Source: Octopus vulgaris (Eukaryota). From it: a stretch of 64,000 nucleotides of DNA. The notes below the pieces were generated by a model that saw only the letters and a program-made list of their open reading frames with translations, did no database searches and was not told the DNA's origin. The translations under genes and the position numbers were made by a program. Of the stretch, positions 13,446-25,315 are shown in pieces. Every line of letters starts with the position of its first letter. The stretch's first letter is position 1. The stretch is from contig OX597836.1 of NCBI GenBank assembly GCA_951406725.2, positions 26,412,001-26,476,000 of the forward strand, in the 5' to 3' direction.

Positions 13446-15208
13446 TATGTTTAACATCATTACAGGAATAACCATATAATTTTGCAGTTAAAGGGTTAAA
13501 GGCCCTTAGGGGTTTAGGGAGCTTTTGTATTTAACCTGGCTGTTTAACAACTGGCACCTCATCAGTTATGATGACCAGCGTCCAGCTGATCTGATCAACA
13601 GAACAACTTGCTTGTAAGATTAACATGCAAGTGGCTGAGTACTCCAGACATGTGTACCCTTAAAGTAGTTCTCAGGGAGATTCAGCATGACACAGGATGT
13701 GACAAGACTGGCCCTTTGAATTACAGATACAACTCATTTTTGCCAGCTGAGTGGACTGGATTGATGGGAAATAAAGTGTCTTGTCCAAGGACACGACATG
13801 CCACCAGGAATTGAACTCACGATTGCGAGCCAAATACCATAGTCACACAGAATAGCTGGCTAGACAACCATTAGACCATGTCAGAGATATCTGCTGTACA
13901 TCACCACTGAAAAGGCTAACTTTTATAAGAACAGAACATAAGTTCATTATTTACATTTGACAGATATTTGTCTTCATTTTGTTTGTTGTTAACACAATGT
14001 AAACAATGTAAATAATGTACATAATTCCTCATCCCTTAAATACAGAACAGGACATAGGTTGACAGCATTTTACAGTATATTACTGGTACTCTGTTATATC
14101 AAGTGCGAAGGGTTGTGAAACAAAGTCAGCCACATGCTATGATTTCAACTGACAACCACAGAAAGGCACAAGACAATATATTTTAGGGTCCAACTCTAAT
14201 GAAACAAAGAATTATTTGTAATATAAGCACACAGCTTGAAATTTAGGGAAGGAGACTACTCAATTAAAACTGCCCCCAGTACTTGACTGGTATTATATAT
14301 CACAAAGAATGAAAGGCAATTTGACCTTGGCAGGATTTGAACCTGGACAGTAAAGATTCAAAACAAATACCACAATGAACTATTCTAATGTTCCAAAAAT
14401 TTTGCCAATACACAACCCTTGTAAGAAAACAAACAGACCTTTCTACTGTAAGCACAAGGCCTGAAATTTTGTTGAGAGGTGTTAGTCAGTTATAGCAACC
14501 CCCAAGTTTAACTGGTATTCCCTGTCTCAAACCCGAAAGGATGAAAGGCAAAGTCAACCACGTTGGCATTTGAGCTCAGAACTCGAAGCCGGATGACATG
14601 CCACTAAGCAATTTGTCCGGCAGGTCAGTACCTTGTAGGAAAGCAAAGAATGCTAAGAATTTCTTAACATTGAAGTGCAATGCAATTTCTGCAGTGATGA
14701 TGATAATCAAAATAATTTCCCCACACAAAACATGTAAAGCCAGCAAGAGAGGTTACAACAACACAAATACAGACACAGCAAATAGTTCCAGAGTAAAAGC
14801 AAGTACACAAGCTTTAGTGAACGAAGCCCAATTGTAAGCAAACAAATTAAGACAACAAAAAGCTAGCATTTAACAATACAAACATGGAACGATACATTCA
14901 AATTAAAAATAAATTAATATTAAAAACATTAATTAACATTTCTTTCAACTTCAACATATCATAATCTAGAACTTAAATATTTTTTAATGTGCAGTAAAAC
15001 AGAAACAGTATGATACTACAGCTGTTTCTTTATATATACACCAGCTAACAAAACAGAAATGACATTATACAACACCCGTTTCGATATATGTAGACAAGGT
15101 AACAAGACCAAAATAGTATTACACTACAGCTGTTTCTATATATAGATTATGTATTATAAATATATATATACATACAAGCTGATATGATAGAAATAAAAAT
15201 ATACTGTT

Positions 15209-15276
<68 letters not shown>

Positions 15277-15802
15277 AAAGTAAAAAAATATACAAACTGG
15301 GACAAGAACGTGAAACATTTAGAAGACGACACAAAAAACACGGACGGGACTTTCGAAGCCCTCAGTCATCAGTCAAGAACCGGATCATCTTCGCAATTTC
15401 GGCTGATTAATCTTGAGATTGCTCCGATCTGGGCAGCCCCCAATATATATATCTTTTATTACATGAAGGACAAAATCATTTCAATGACTTTATCAAGTGG
15501 CCAGCATGGAATAAAAACCTTGAAGGTAACATTCAATACTAATTTATAAGCTAACATGACAGATATAGCATTATTCTACAGTTGTTTCTGTGTAAATAAG
15601 GAAGGTCATCTCCTCTGTAGGAATCATTCCAAAGCAGACAGAAGAGCTTGGTGCAGTCTTGCGAGTTACCAGTTCTTGTCAAGCCATCCAACCCATGCCA
15701 GCATGGAAAGTAGATGGTAGATGCTGCTGAGATATATACACACACATATACACATATATACACACACCAGGTAAAAACACAGAAATAATATTATACTACA
15801 GC

Positions 15803-15833
<31 letters not shown>

Positions 15834-15844
15834 ATGTATGTATG

Positions 15845-15911
<67 letters not shown>

Positions 15912-16652
15912 ACACATACACACGTGGAGGTGCATGGCTTAGTGGTTAGGGTGTCAGCATCATGATCGTAAGATTGTGGTTTCGATTCCTGGACAAGGTG
16001 ACACGTTGTGTTCTTGAGCAAAACACTTCAGTTCACGTTGCTCCAGTCCACTCAGCTGGCAAAAATGAGTAACACTGCAATGGACTGGTGTCCCGTCCAG
16101 CTGGGGAACACATACGCCATTGAAACCGGGAAACCGGGCCCATGAGCCTGGCTACGCTCTGAAAGGACGCATTTATTTTTTTATTTTATATACACACACA
16201 CACATGCATGATGGCACTAACCTGAGAGGATGACCCCCCCCAATCCCATCAAACAAGACCATGAAGTAAGCAAGCAAGCAGGTGTATATATATACATATA
16301 TATAATAGTGTATAAACAACTTACATATTTATATACAAAAGAGGTGACATTTGACAGGACACCTTACATGCTAGAAAGGGCAGTTAAAACCCAAAATGTG
16401 TATAAATACATAAATTGCTTATACACCATTATATACGAAAATATGTTATCTATTGACCTTATTACACATGCTAGCCACATGCTCCTTATAACATCAAACA
16501 TAACAGGATTTAAATCTTCCAAGTTCCTTATGACATCAAGCATAATCCTTATGACACTAAAAAACAAAGCCGCCATTTAAATGCTCCTTACATGCTCCTT
16601 ATGTCATCAACAATAAGTTTTTATCCAAAATACCCAAAGATGTTCTACTTAC

Positions 16653-16707
16653 TTTTTCACTTTCATCCAGCGTTGTATGCGATGACAATAGTTACTTCCT
16701 TGACGGA
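16653..16707 (-). CDS. GOLGB1: Giantin-like 55-nt micro-exon (VRQGSNYCHRIQRWMKVKK)
   Basis: ccag acceptor, GTAAGT donor, phase 1-2. This is exactly the phase change needed to read the terminal exon in the TM-encoding frame. Confidence 0.78.
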
Positions 16708-17929
16708 CTGGCAGACACAGTTGAGGTGGTCATGGAAAGAGAGGTAATTTGATACAGTGAGAAATACTTGAATTAAATTTGTGATATGGAACAAATGAAG
16801 ACAAAATATCAAACGTGTGTATATGTGTGTGTGTGTTTCTGTGTGTGTGTGTTTCTGTGTGTGTGTGTGTGTGTACGTGTGTGTACTCTATGCATAAATT
16901 CATATGAAGGCATGTGTGCATATATTCTTTTATTCTTTTACTTGTTTCAGTCATTTGACTGCGGTCATGCTGGAGCACTGTCTTTAGCCGAGCAAATCGA
17001 CCCCAGGACTCATTCTTTCTAAGTCTAGTACTTATTCTATCAGTCTCTTTTGAAGGACAAACACAGGCACACAAACAAACAAACAAACACACACACACAC
17101 ATACACACACACTTAATAACTGACAAGATGCCGGAGCAGATTTCCACCCCGACATCAGAAACTCAGAGTTTTATCATGGCAACCGAATAATTGTCTCACC
17201 ACTTCAAGCATGTTAGAGTTGGGTCGTTTTCACCCTTGCCCTCTTAATATAATTATATACAGAGGTATATTATTATTAATTTAATATATATTTATATCAT
17301 GTGATCACATGACCGACCAGTCCATCAGATGTAGTTACACATCGCTGGTCACAATGCGTTCGCATTGTTTTTTAGCCTTCGAATGACGCCACCCCACTGG
17401 CTAAGCTAGCAGGCCAACAGAAGAAAGAGTGGTGAAAGAGTACAGCAGGGATCACCACCCCCTGCCGGAGCCTTGTGAAGCTATTAGGTGTTTTCGCTCA
17501 ATAAACACTCACAACGCCCGGTCTGGGAATCGAAACCGCGATCCTACAACCGCGAGTCCGCTGCCCTAACCATTGGGCCATTGGGCCATATTTATATATA
17601 TGAAATAATAATAAACAGAATGTTAGTAAAAGAAAACTTCCCATTTCTGCAATGTATACGAACATAATGAAAAGTCTGTCAGCCTAGCTCAAACACACAA
17701 AGCATGCATTGACACACACACACACATTCACGTACAGTCACACAAAGAAAACATATACTGTCAGCATTACACAAACCTAAACAAACATAGTCATGAGAGG
17801 TAAATCCCCTTGAGGGGTGAGAAATAAAATTCACTCCGCAATGGAATTTGGACCTGAAACCTGGGATATGGCAAAGCTAAATGAAACCAACACAGGAACT
17901 ATTTCGGTCAACTGAGCAATAAGACTCAC

Positions 17930-17987
17930 CTAAGAGTGGTTCCGCTTGAAGAATTCTGTCTGGATCGTCATCCATTTCGATTTTGAA
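17930..17987 (-). CDS. GOLGB1: Giantin-like exon (FKIEMDDDPDRILQAEPLL)
   Basis: ccccag acceptor, GTGAGT donor, 58 nt, phase 0-1. Confidence 0.82.
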
Positions 17988-19048
17988 CTGGGGAAAGAGA
18001 GACACAGTGAGACAAACCTTTAAAATATAAGACACAATTACACACATACACACACACATGCACGCACACTGACACACTTGTATGCATACAGTTCCATACA
18101 ACACACTCATACACACACACTGTACACAATAGTGTTGTCATAAGGTGTGACCATACTGGGATGCCCCATGGGTCCAGAAGACCCACCACTAATCAATATA
18201 CACTGTGGTTTATTGTAGGAGTCCTGGTGCATTGTTTTACTGTGGGGCAGGGGTCACCTATGATCCTAATGAAGGTGCATGGCCTAGTGGTTAATGTATT
18301 GCACTCACAATCGCAAGATTGTAGTTTCAGTTCCTGGAGGAGGTAGTGGGTTGTGTTTTTGAGTAAAAACTTCATTTCATGTTGCTCCAGTAAATGGGTG
18401 ATCATATGACAGACTGGCATCCCTTTCAAGAGGAATGTTGTGTTCTTCATCACTTATATACCTATTTCTTTACTACCCACAAGGGGCTAAACACAGAGAG
18501 GACAAACAAAGACAGACAAACGGATTAAGTCGATCATATCGATCCCAGTGCGTAACTGGTACTTATTTAATCGACCCCGAAAGTATGAAAGGCAAAGTCG
18601 ACCTCGGCGGAATTTGAACTCAGAACGTAGCGGCAGGCGAAATATCGCTAAGCATTTCGCCTGGCGTGCTAACGTTTCTGCCAGCTCACCGCCTTGATCA
18701 CTTATATACCATGGAACCCATGTAACCAGCCCCATGAGTCCCAGGACTCAGGACAAAACTTACAGCCAAGAATCATATGAAGAGAGTCTTCACATCTGAA
18801 TGCTAAAGGGTTAGGAGTACACGTGTTTGTGGAGTACTCAATCACTTGCACGTTAATTTCATAAGCAGGCTGTTCCGTTGATTGGATCAGCTTGAACACT
18901 CATTGTGGTAACTTACAGAGTGCCAGTTACAATACATTAACAAAATTCGAAGCACCATGTAGTGTCCACACAGATAAACAGTATAAAGAGAGGCATCTGT
19001 GTACAGGACATAGTCAAAAATTCCTGACAGTCTCAACTATGATAGAAT

Positions 19049-19259
19049 TACGAGGGGATGCTGCAAAGTTCCTGACTTTAAGAGTATCACGAAAGGCCTT
19101 GTTGGAGGCCCAACCTTCTGAGTTCATTTACAGGGCCTAGAAAAACTGAAGACCCGCTGCAGTAAGTGTGTGAATCTGAGAGAGAAAATATGTTGGATAA
19201 AATCATAATTAACTGATCCTTTTAACCCAAAATCAGGAACTTTTCAACACCCCTTTGTA
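19049..19259 (+). mobile_element. mariner-derived MITE
   Basis: TIRs TACGAGGGGATGCTGCAAAGTTCCTGA / TCAGGAACTTTTCAACACCCCTTTGTA. Retains a mariner C-terminal remnant (GLEKL..RCSKCVNLR). Confidence 0.7.
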
Positions 19260-19468
19260 CATTCATCATCATCATCATCATCAACATCTATTTTCCCATG
19301 CTGGCATGGGTTGGATGATTCAAGAAAAAAAGCCAAAGAGTTCCACCAAGTTCTATATCTGCTTTGGCATGGTTTCTACAGCTTGATGCCCTTCCTTAAC
19401 ACCAACCGCTTAACATTTTGTTTGCGCCTCTCTTGGAGTCCCCCGAAAATATAAAAATCATCTCTTAC

Positions 19469-19628
19469 ATCCTGTTGCATTTTCTCTCGCATTGAATTCA
19501 GTTGCTGTTGCGACTGCTGCAGCAAAATTTCCACCTGCAGTCTTTGATTCCTCTCAGCAACAAACTTGTTTGCTTGATCGACACTGGTCGACATCAGCTC
19601 TTCCTGATGCTCTTCCAATTCTGTAATT
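19469..19628 (-). CDS. GOLGB1: Giantin-like exon (RITELEEHQEE...KMQQD)
   Basis: Poly-T plus ttag acceptor, GTAAGA donor, 160 nt, phase 2-0. Confidence 0.88.
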
Positions 19629-19822
19629 CTAACAAAAAAAAAAAAAAAAAAAACACATTAAGAATCAAACAGCAAAAAAAAAGAAAACACAAAATTATAC
19701 AAGAATTTCTTCTGTGCCCTTTCTACACAACGGCGAGTACTGTCATGTGAGTAGCTAGCTAACTCCCAGAGCGTCAGTGACTGAGCTTCATTCACTCCAT
19801 TCTTTCTATCTTTCTCTATGCA

Positions 19823-19882
<60 letters not shown>

Positions 19883-20379
19883 TGTATAGTGGTTAGCCTA
19901 ATGGTTAGGCTGTTGCACTCATGATCACTAGACTGTGGGTTCAAATCCCAGACTGGGCAGTGTGTTGTGTTCTTGAGCAAAACACTTCATTTTACATTGC
20001 TCTAGTTGCCCTTTTGATCAGTGGGGATGTTGGCCTGCTCACCTAGCCAGTGATGTGACGTCATTTGAAGGATAAAACAATGCAAAAAGATGCCACACAG
20101 TGGGACTGAAACCAGAACCGTGTGGTTGGGAAATCTACTACTTACCACACAGCCACTCCAGCACCAATATATATATATATATATATATATAAGTAGTTGA
20201 ATGAATTATCCTAGTATGGATAATTCGGTTAACCGATACCCGGGTAGCAAATTTACGTCAGAAATCACGGTTGAAGCTACATGCCAAGGGCAGAAATCAC
20301 GTGCTTTCGTGTGGAAATTTGTGTGTTTTTTTAATACAAATAAATGAAAGAATGGAGTCGAACGACGATTTAACAAAAT

Positions 20380-20475
20380 TCCTTTATTCTCGACATATGT
20401 TTCGAAGACTGCATATTCTCAATTCCGAAGGAATAAAGGGTGCATTATGCCGCCTTCTCATCAGGAAAAACAAGA
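20380..20475 (-). ncRNA. Type I hammerhead ribozyme motif (left arm of palindrome, sense to giantin pre-mRNA)
   Basis: Reverse-complement copy of the above: core 20458-20464, GAAA 20400-20403, predicted cleavage between 20392 and 20391. Confidence 0.8.
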
Positions 20476-20557
20476 AACTTATGTCAGCATCATGACGAAC
20501 AAAAACATGTGGGCAGTCATCTAAAAGTTTTTGTTCATCATGATGCTGACATAAGTT

Positions 20558-20660
20558 CCTTGTTTTTCCTGATGAGAAGGCGGCATAATGCACCCTTTAT
20601 TCCTTCGGAATTGAGAATTAAGAATATGCAGTCTTCGAAACATATGTCGAGAATAAAGTA
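20558..20660 (+). ncRNA. Type I hammerhead ribozyme motif (right arm of palindrome)
   Basis: CTGATGA at 20569-20575. Stem II GAAGGCGGCATA/TATGCAGTCTTC (11 of 12 pairs including one G-U). GAAA at 20637-20640. Palindromic mini stem III ACATATGT, GUC triplet ending 20648, imperfect stem I. Confidence 0.8.
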
Positions 20661-20694
20661 ATTTTGTTAAATCGTCGTTCGACTCCATTCTTTC

Positions 20695-20747
<53 letters not shown>

Positions 20748-20974
20748 AAGTTTGTTTATTGGAGATGTTTTAAATATACAAATAAAGCTGCTATTCCATT
20801 ATGCCACCCACTGTCTAATGATGCTGACTAGGGAGCCAGTTTTGTGGGGTTGCATCAAGTTATACTGATATAATGTAGGATAAATATGACAATAATAATA
20901 AACCTACGATGGAATTTATAAACATTTAATGCATCACAAAGAATTAAATGTTTATAAATTCCATCCTAGGATTA

Positions 20975-21008
<34 letters not shown>

Positions 21009-21096
21009 CACACACATACACACACACACACACACACACATACATCTTGTTTCAGTCATTGGGAAGCAAGCCATGCTTGCACCAATATCAAAGCAT

Positions 21097-21490
21097 ACTC
21101 TTTTACTTATTTCAGTCATTTGACTGTGGCCATGCTGGAGCACCACCTTCAGTCGAGCAACTTGACCCCAGGACTTATTCTTTGTAAGCCTAGTACTTAT
21201 TCTATCGGTGTCTTTTGCCGAACTGCTAAGTTATGGGAACGCAAACACACCACCACTGGTTGTCAAGCGATGTTGAGAGGACAAACACAGACACACAAAC
21301 ATATACACATATATATATATATACATATATACGACAGGCTTCTTTCAATTTCCGTCTACCAAATCCACTCACAAGGCTTTGGTCTGCCTGAGGCTATAGT
21401 AAAAGACACTTACCCAAGGTGCCACGCAGTGGGAATGAACCCGGAACCATGTGGTTGGTAAGCAAGTTACTTACCACACAGCCACTCCTG
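21097..21490 (-). mobile_element. SINE family A copy
   Basis: Full-length reverse-complement copy. Confidence 0.85.
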
Positions 21491-21677
21491 TCATTTAACA
21501 AGACTGTTCACTATGACTAAAACACTTCAGACAAATTAAAAAACGTTAGAGGCTTCGATTTAGATGGCTACAGCATGACCATAGCCAACTGGTTTGAAAA
21601 TATATGAAAGAAGATCAGTAAAAGAAACAGGTTTCGTTTCTACAACATACAATTCTCAAAGATTATCTACAGCTTAC

Positions 21678-21778
21678 CTTGCTTGAAGATTATCTATTTC
21701 TTTGGAATGTGAATTATCAGATTGTTGAGATTCTTGCTTCTTTAAGGCATCTGTGTGACTGGATTCCAGTTCAGTAAT
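21678..21778 (-). CDS. GOLGB1: Giantin-like exon (ITELESSHT...DNLQA)
   Basis: cag acceptor, GTAAGC donor, 101 nt, phase 0-2. Confidence 0.85.
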
Positions 21779-22798
21779 CTGTGAATGTAAAAGAGACAAC
21801 GATTGTTTCTTATTTAGACACAAGGCCAGGAATTTCGAGGGAGGGGGGCTTTTACTTTATACAACTGATACCAGAACTTGACTGCTGGGTTTTTTGGGGG
21901 TGGGAGTGACCCAGAGAGAATAAAGGACAAAGTTGACCCTTGCTGGATTTGAACTCTGAACACACATATATATCATCATCATCATCGTTTAACGTCTGCT
22001 CTCCATGCTGGCATGGGTTGGACGGTTTGACTGAGGACTGGCGGCAAGCTGGCAGAATCATTAGCATGCCAGACGAAATGCTTAGTGGTATTTCGTCTGC
22101 TGCTACGTTCAGACTTTGCCTTTCATCCTTTCGGGGTTGATTAAATAAGTACCAATTATGCACTGGGGTCGATATAATCGACTTAATCTGTTTGTTTGTC
22201 CTCTCTGTGTTTAGCCCTTTGTGGGTAGCAAAGAAATAGGTTTGACTGAGGTCTGGCAAGCCAGTGGGCTGCACCAGGCTCCAATTTGATCTGGCAATAT
22301 TTCTACAGCTGGATGCCCTTCCTAATGCCAACCACTCTGAGAGTGTAGTGGGTGCATTTTATGTGCCACCAGCACAGGAGCCAGTCAGAGGGCACTGGCA
22401 TCGACCACATTCGGATGGTGTTAAAACAGGAAATTAGAAACTTTTTGGTATTATTTATTCACCATTACACATGTTTCATTTGGTAATGGGAATTATAAAG
22501 GTTTACATGTTAGATAAACATGTAAGGTGTTTCCTATTAGAAATTCATCACGCTGAATCTCCCCCAAGGACTACGTTAAGGGTACACGTGTCTGTGGAGT
22601 ACCTAGCCACTTGCACATTAATTTCATGAGCAATCTATTCTGTTCATCGGAACAACTGGATCCTCGCCTTCATAATTGACAGAGTGCCATGGAATATATA
22701 GATACATATATATATGTATATAGAACGTTATGATAGATCGTTAGCTCCTACACGAATTTTTTCTCTCCTTGTTTCTCTCCTTGTTTCTTTTCTGTGTA

Positions 22799-22836
22799 TC
22801 TTTCTGTCGAAGAGCGTAGGCTCGAAACGTAAAAGA
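22799..22836 (+). ncRNA. Minimal hammerhead-like motif, variant core CUGUCGA-A
   Basis: TCTTT-CTGTCGA-A-GAGC(GTAG)GCTC-GAAA-CG-TA-AAAGA, inside a ~220-bp element (about 22720-22935) flanked by TA repeats. Confidence 0.55.
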
Positions 22837-23375
22837 CTTGTTCTATTTCTATTCCTGAGCGCCATACTAATACATTTGTTTGTTTGTACTCCACCTACCT
22901 TCGTCTTTTGTTTATTTTCGTAAACCTTCCCGTTATATATGCATAGGAAATAGTTATTTCTTTACTACCCACAAGGAGCTAAACACAGAGGGGACAAACA
23001 AGGACAGACAAACGGATTAAGTTGATTACATTAACCCCAGTGCGTAACTGGTACTTAATTTAAGGATGAAAGGTAAAGTCAACCTCAGCGGAATTTGAAC
23101 TCAGAACGTAATGCCAGACGAAATATGGCTATGCATTTCGCCCGGTGTGCTAACGTTTCTGCCAGCTTGCCGCCTTATATGTAGGAAATAGTGGCACAAC
23201 AAAGTACTAACGTTTGCCACTATTTCTTATTTATAATTCAACCTTTACAGTGCTTATCACTGAAAAACAATGCTATTGTATTGTAATAATACAAACAGAC
23301 AGATATATAAAGCCATTAGACAACGTGAAATGAAAATATCCAGCAGTATGTCGTTTAAGTAATCTGAATACTTAC

Positions 23376-23522
23376 CCTCTGTTGAAGTTTGGTCTGTTTC
23401 TCATAACTATCCTTTATTTGATGGGCTAAACTGCTTGACTCTTTCTCTTTCTCACGAAGGGCCAAAGACAAATTGCCCATTTGGACATTAAGGTAACTGC
23501 GGTCCTCTGCTAACTGGCTCAC
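23376..23522 (-). CDS. GOLGB1: Giantin-like exon (VSQLAEDRSYLN...KLQQR)
   Basis: ttag acceptor, GTAAGT donor, 147 nt, phase 0-0. Confidence 0.88.
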
Positions 23523-23675
23523 CTAAGAAAGTAAATGGTTTTCTATTAGTTTATCAAAGTTGCATTTTGTAATTAGAATTTCAGCTTGTATTTTTCACAT
23601 TTCTAAAAATACAATTTCATTATTTTAAGGGTATAACTACTAACATTTAGCAGCACACATTTACATACATCACAA

Positions 23676-23951
23676 CCAGGGGCATGTATTCCAGGTGTGC
23701 ACTACACACCCATCAAAAATGACAAATTTGTTATAAACATTAACCTTACTCGTTAATTTAATTCCAAATCTTAATGGAAAACTTTTGTTATACCCCTATT
23801 TGGTGACATTGGGTGTGATAGTACACCCAATAAAGCAACCACCATATGCCACTGGTACATGCAATGCACACACACACACACACACACACAAATACAGATA
23901 TACACACCTACACTTTATACACAGTTAAATACACACACTCCAAGCCCTACT

Positions 23952-23982
<31 letters not shown>

Positions 23983-24162
23983 ACCAGGGGTGTATATTCT
24001 GGGTGTGCTGCATCAAAAATGGCAAATTCATCATAAACATTAACCTTACTCATTAATTTACCCCTAAATTTTAATGGAAAACTTTTGTTATACCCCTGCT
24101 TGAAACTTGGTGGCATTGGGTGTGGAAGTACCCCCAATACAACCACCACCATACACCACTGA
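23676..24162. mobile_element. Two diverged copies of a ~180-bp TIR element (23676-23855, 23984-24162) separated by CA repeats
   Basis: Shared core ATAAACATTAACCTTACTC..TTAATGGAAAACTTTTGTTATACCCCT. Ends CCAGGGGCAT/ATGCCACTGG and CCAGGGGTGTAT/ATACACCACTGA. Confidence 0.65.
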
Positions 24163-24435
24163 TCACAACACACATAGATACACTTCACTGCACACCTAGC
24201 TTACAACATTTTGGAATCACTAATCTCGATGGAAATTAAGATCTTCCAAACCCTAACAATCCTGTTGCGAAATAGATCAAACTAGAATAAGGTGCTTTGT
24301 TGAAGGGACAGAATTTTTGATTGTTGAGATTATCACCCCCTCCTCAAGTGAAGCGTGTCTTAATTACCATTTGTTAATTATGGTACACCTTCAAGGAGTG
24401 GAGATAATTTAAATATCATTTATCATTTCTTTCAT

Positions 24436-24577
24436 CTTTTACTTGCTTCCGTCATTTTACTGCAGCCATACTGGGGCACTGCCCTGAAGTGTTTTAGTCG
24501 AACCACTAAGTAATGGGGATGTAAACACACCAACACCGGTTGTCAAGTGATGGTGGGGGACAAACATAGACATAAAG

Positions 24578-24640
<63 letters not shown>

Positions 24641-24677
24641 TATATACATATATATAAATATATATACATATATATAA

Positions 24678-24710
<33 letters not shown>

Positions 24711-24719
24711 CATATATAT

Positions 24720-24805
<86 letters not shown>

Positions 24806-25061
24806 TATAAATATATATATACATACATATATATACATATATATATATATACACATATACATATATATATATACATACATATATATATACACATATACAT
24901 ATATATATATACATACATATATACACATATACATATATATATACATACATATATACACATATATAACATACATATATATATATACATACATATATACACA
25001 TATACATATATATATATACATATACATATACATATATACACATATACATACATATATACAC

Positions 25062-25126
<65 letters not shown>

Positions 25127-25176
25127 CATATATATATGACAGGGTTTTTTCAGTTTCCATGTACCAAATCCACTCC
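24436..25176 (-). mobile_element. SINE family A copy with ~550-bp internal (TA)n expansion
   Basis: SINE halves flank 24590-25137. Confidence 0.8.
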
Positions 25177-25315
25177 TAAACACAAAAAGAAATACAAAAA
25201 TATATAACATGAAAAACAATAGCTGTGAGCAGGATTTGAAATCATGACCATGCAGCTCATAATTCATCACCTAAACCTTACAGCCACAACAGCACAGAAT
25301 GAAAGAGGTTGTTAC

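Larger units (their letters stand above)
20340..20700. repeat. Long near-perfect inverted repeat (arms 20340-20506 and 20527-20700, 20-nt loop)
   Basis: Arms are reverse complements with a few mismatches and one 7-nt indel. Part of a 20191-20700 insert between (TA)n tracts. Confidence 0.95.

Noticed and set aside
15290-15442. CTGATGA and GGCTG..CAGCC-GAAA on the minus strand of a TA-flanked element
   Set aside because: Hammerhead pieces do not assemble into one consistent fold; possibly a truncated relative.
15926-16000. tRNA-like sequences with A and B boxes (many sites)
   Set aside because: They are SINE heads continuing into SINE bodies, without a complete cloverleaf.
17115-17200. CTGACAA-GATGCC..GGCAAC-CGAATAATTGTC hammerhead-like string
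   Set aside because: Several core mismatches and no stem I; too decayed to call.
20384-20661. Two ORFs with identical N-termini MHYAAFSSGK on opposite strands
   Set aside because: A consequence of the DNA palindrome; no coding evidence.
25271-25315. Read-through tail VTTSFILCCCGCKV suggesting lipidation
   Set aside because: Lies past a good donor with an in-phase downstream exon; short intronic run-on.
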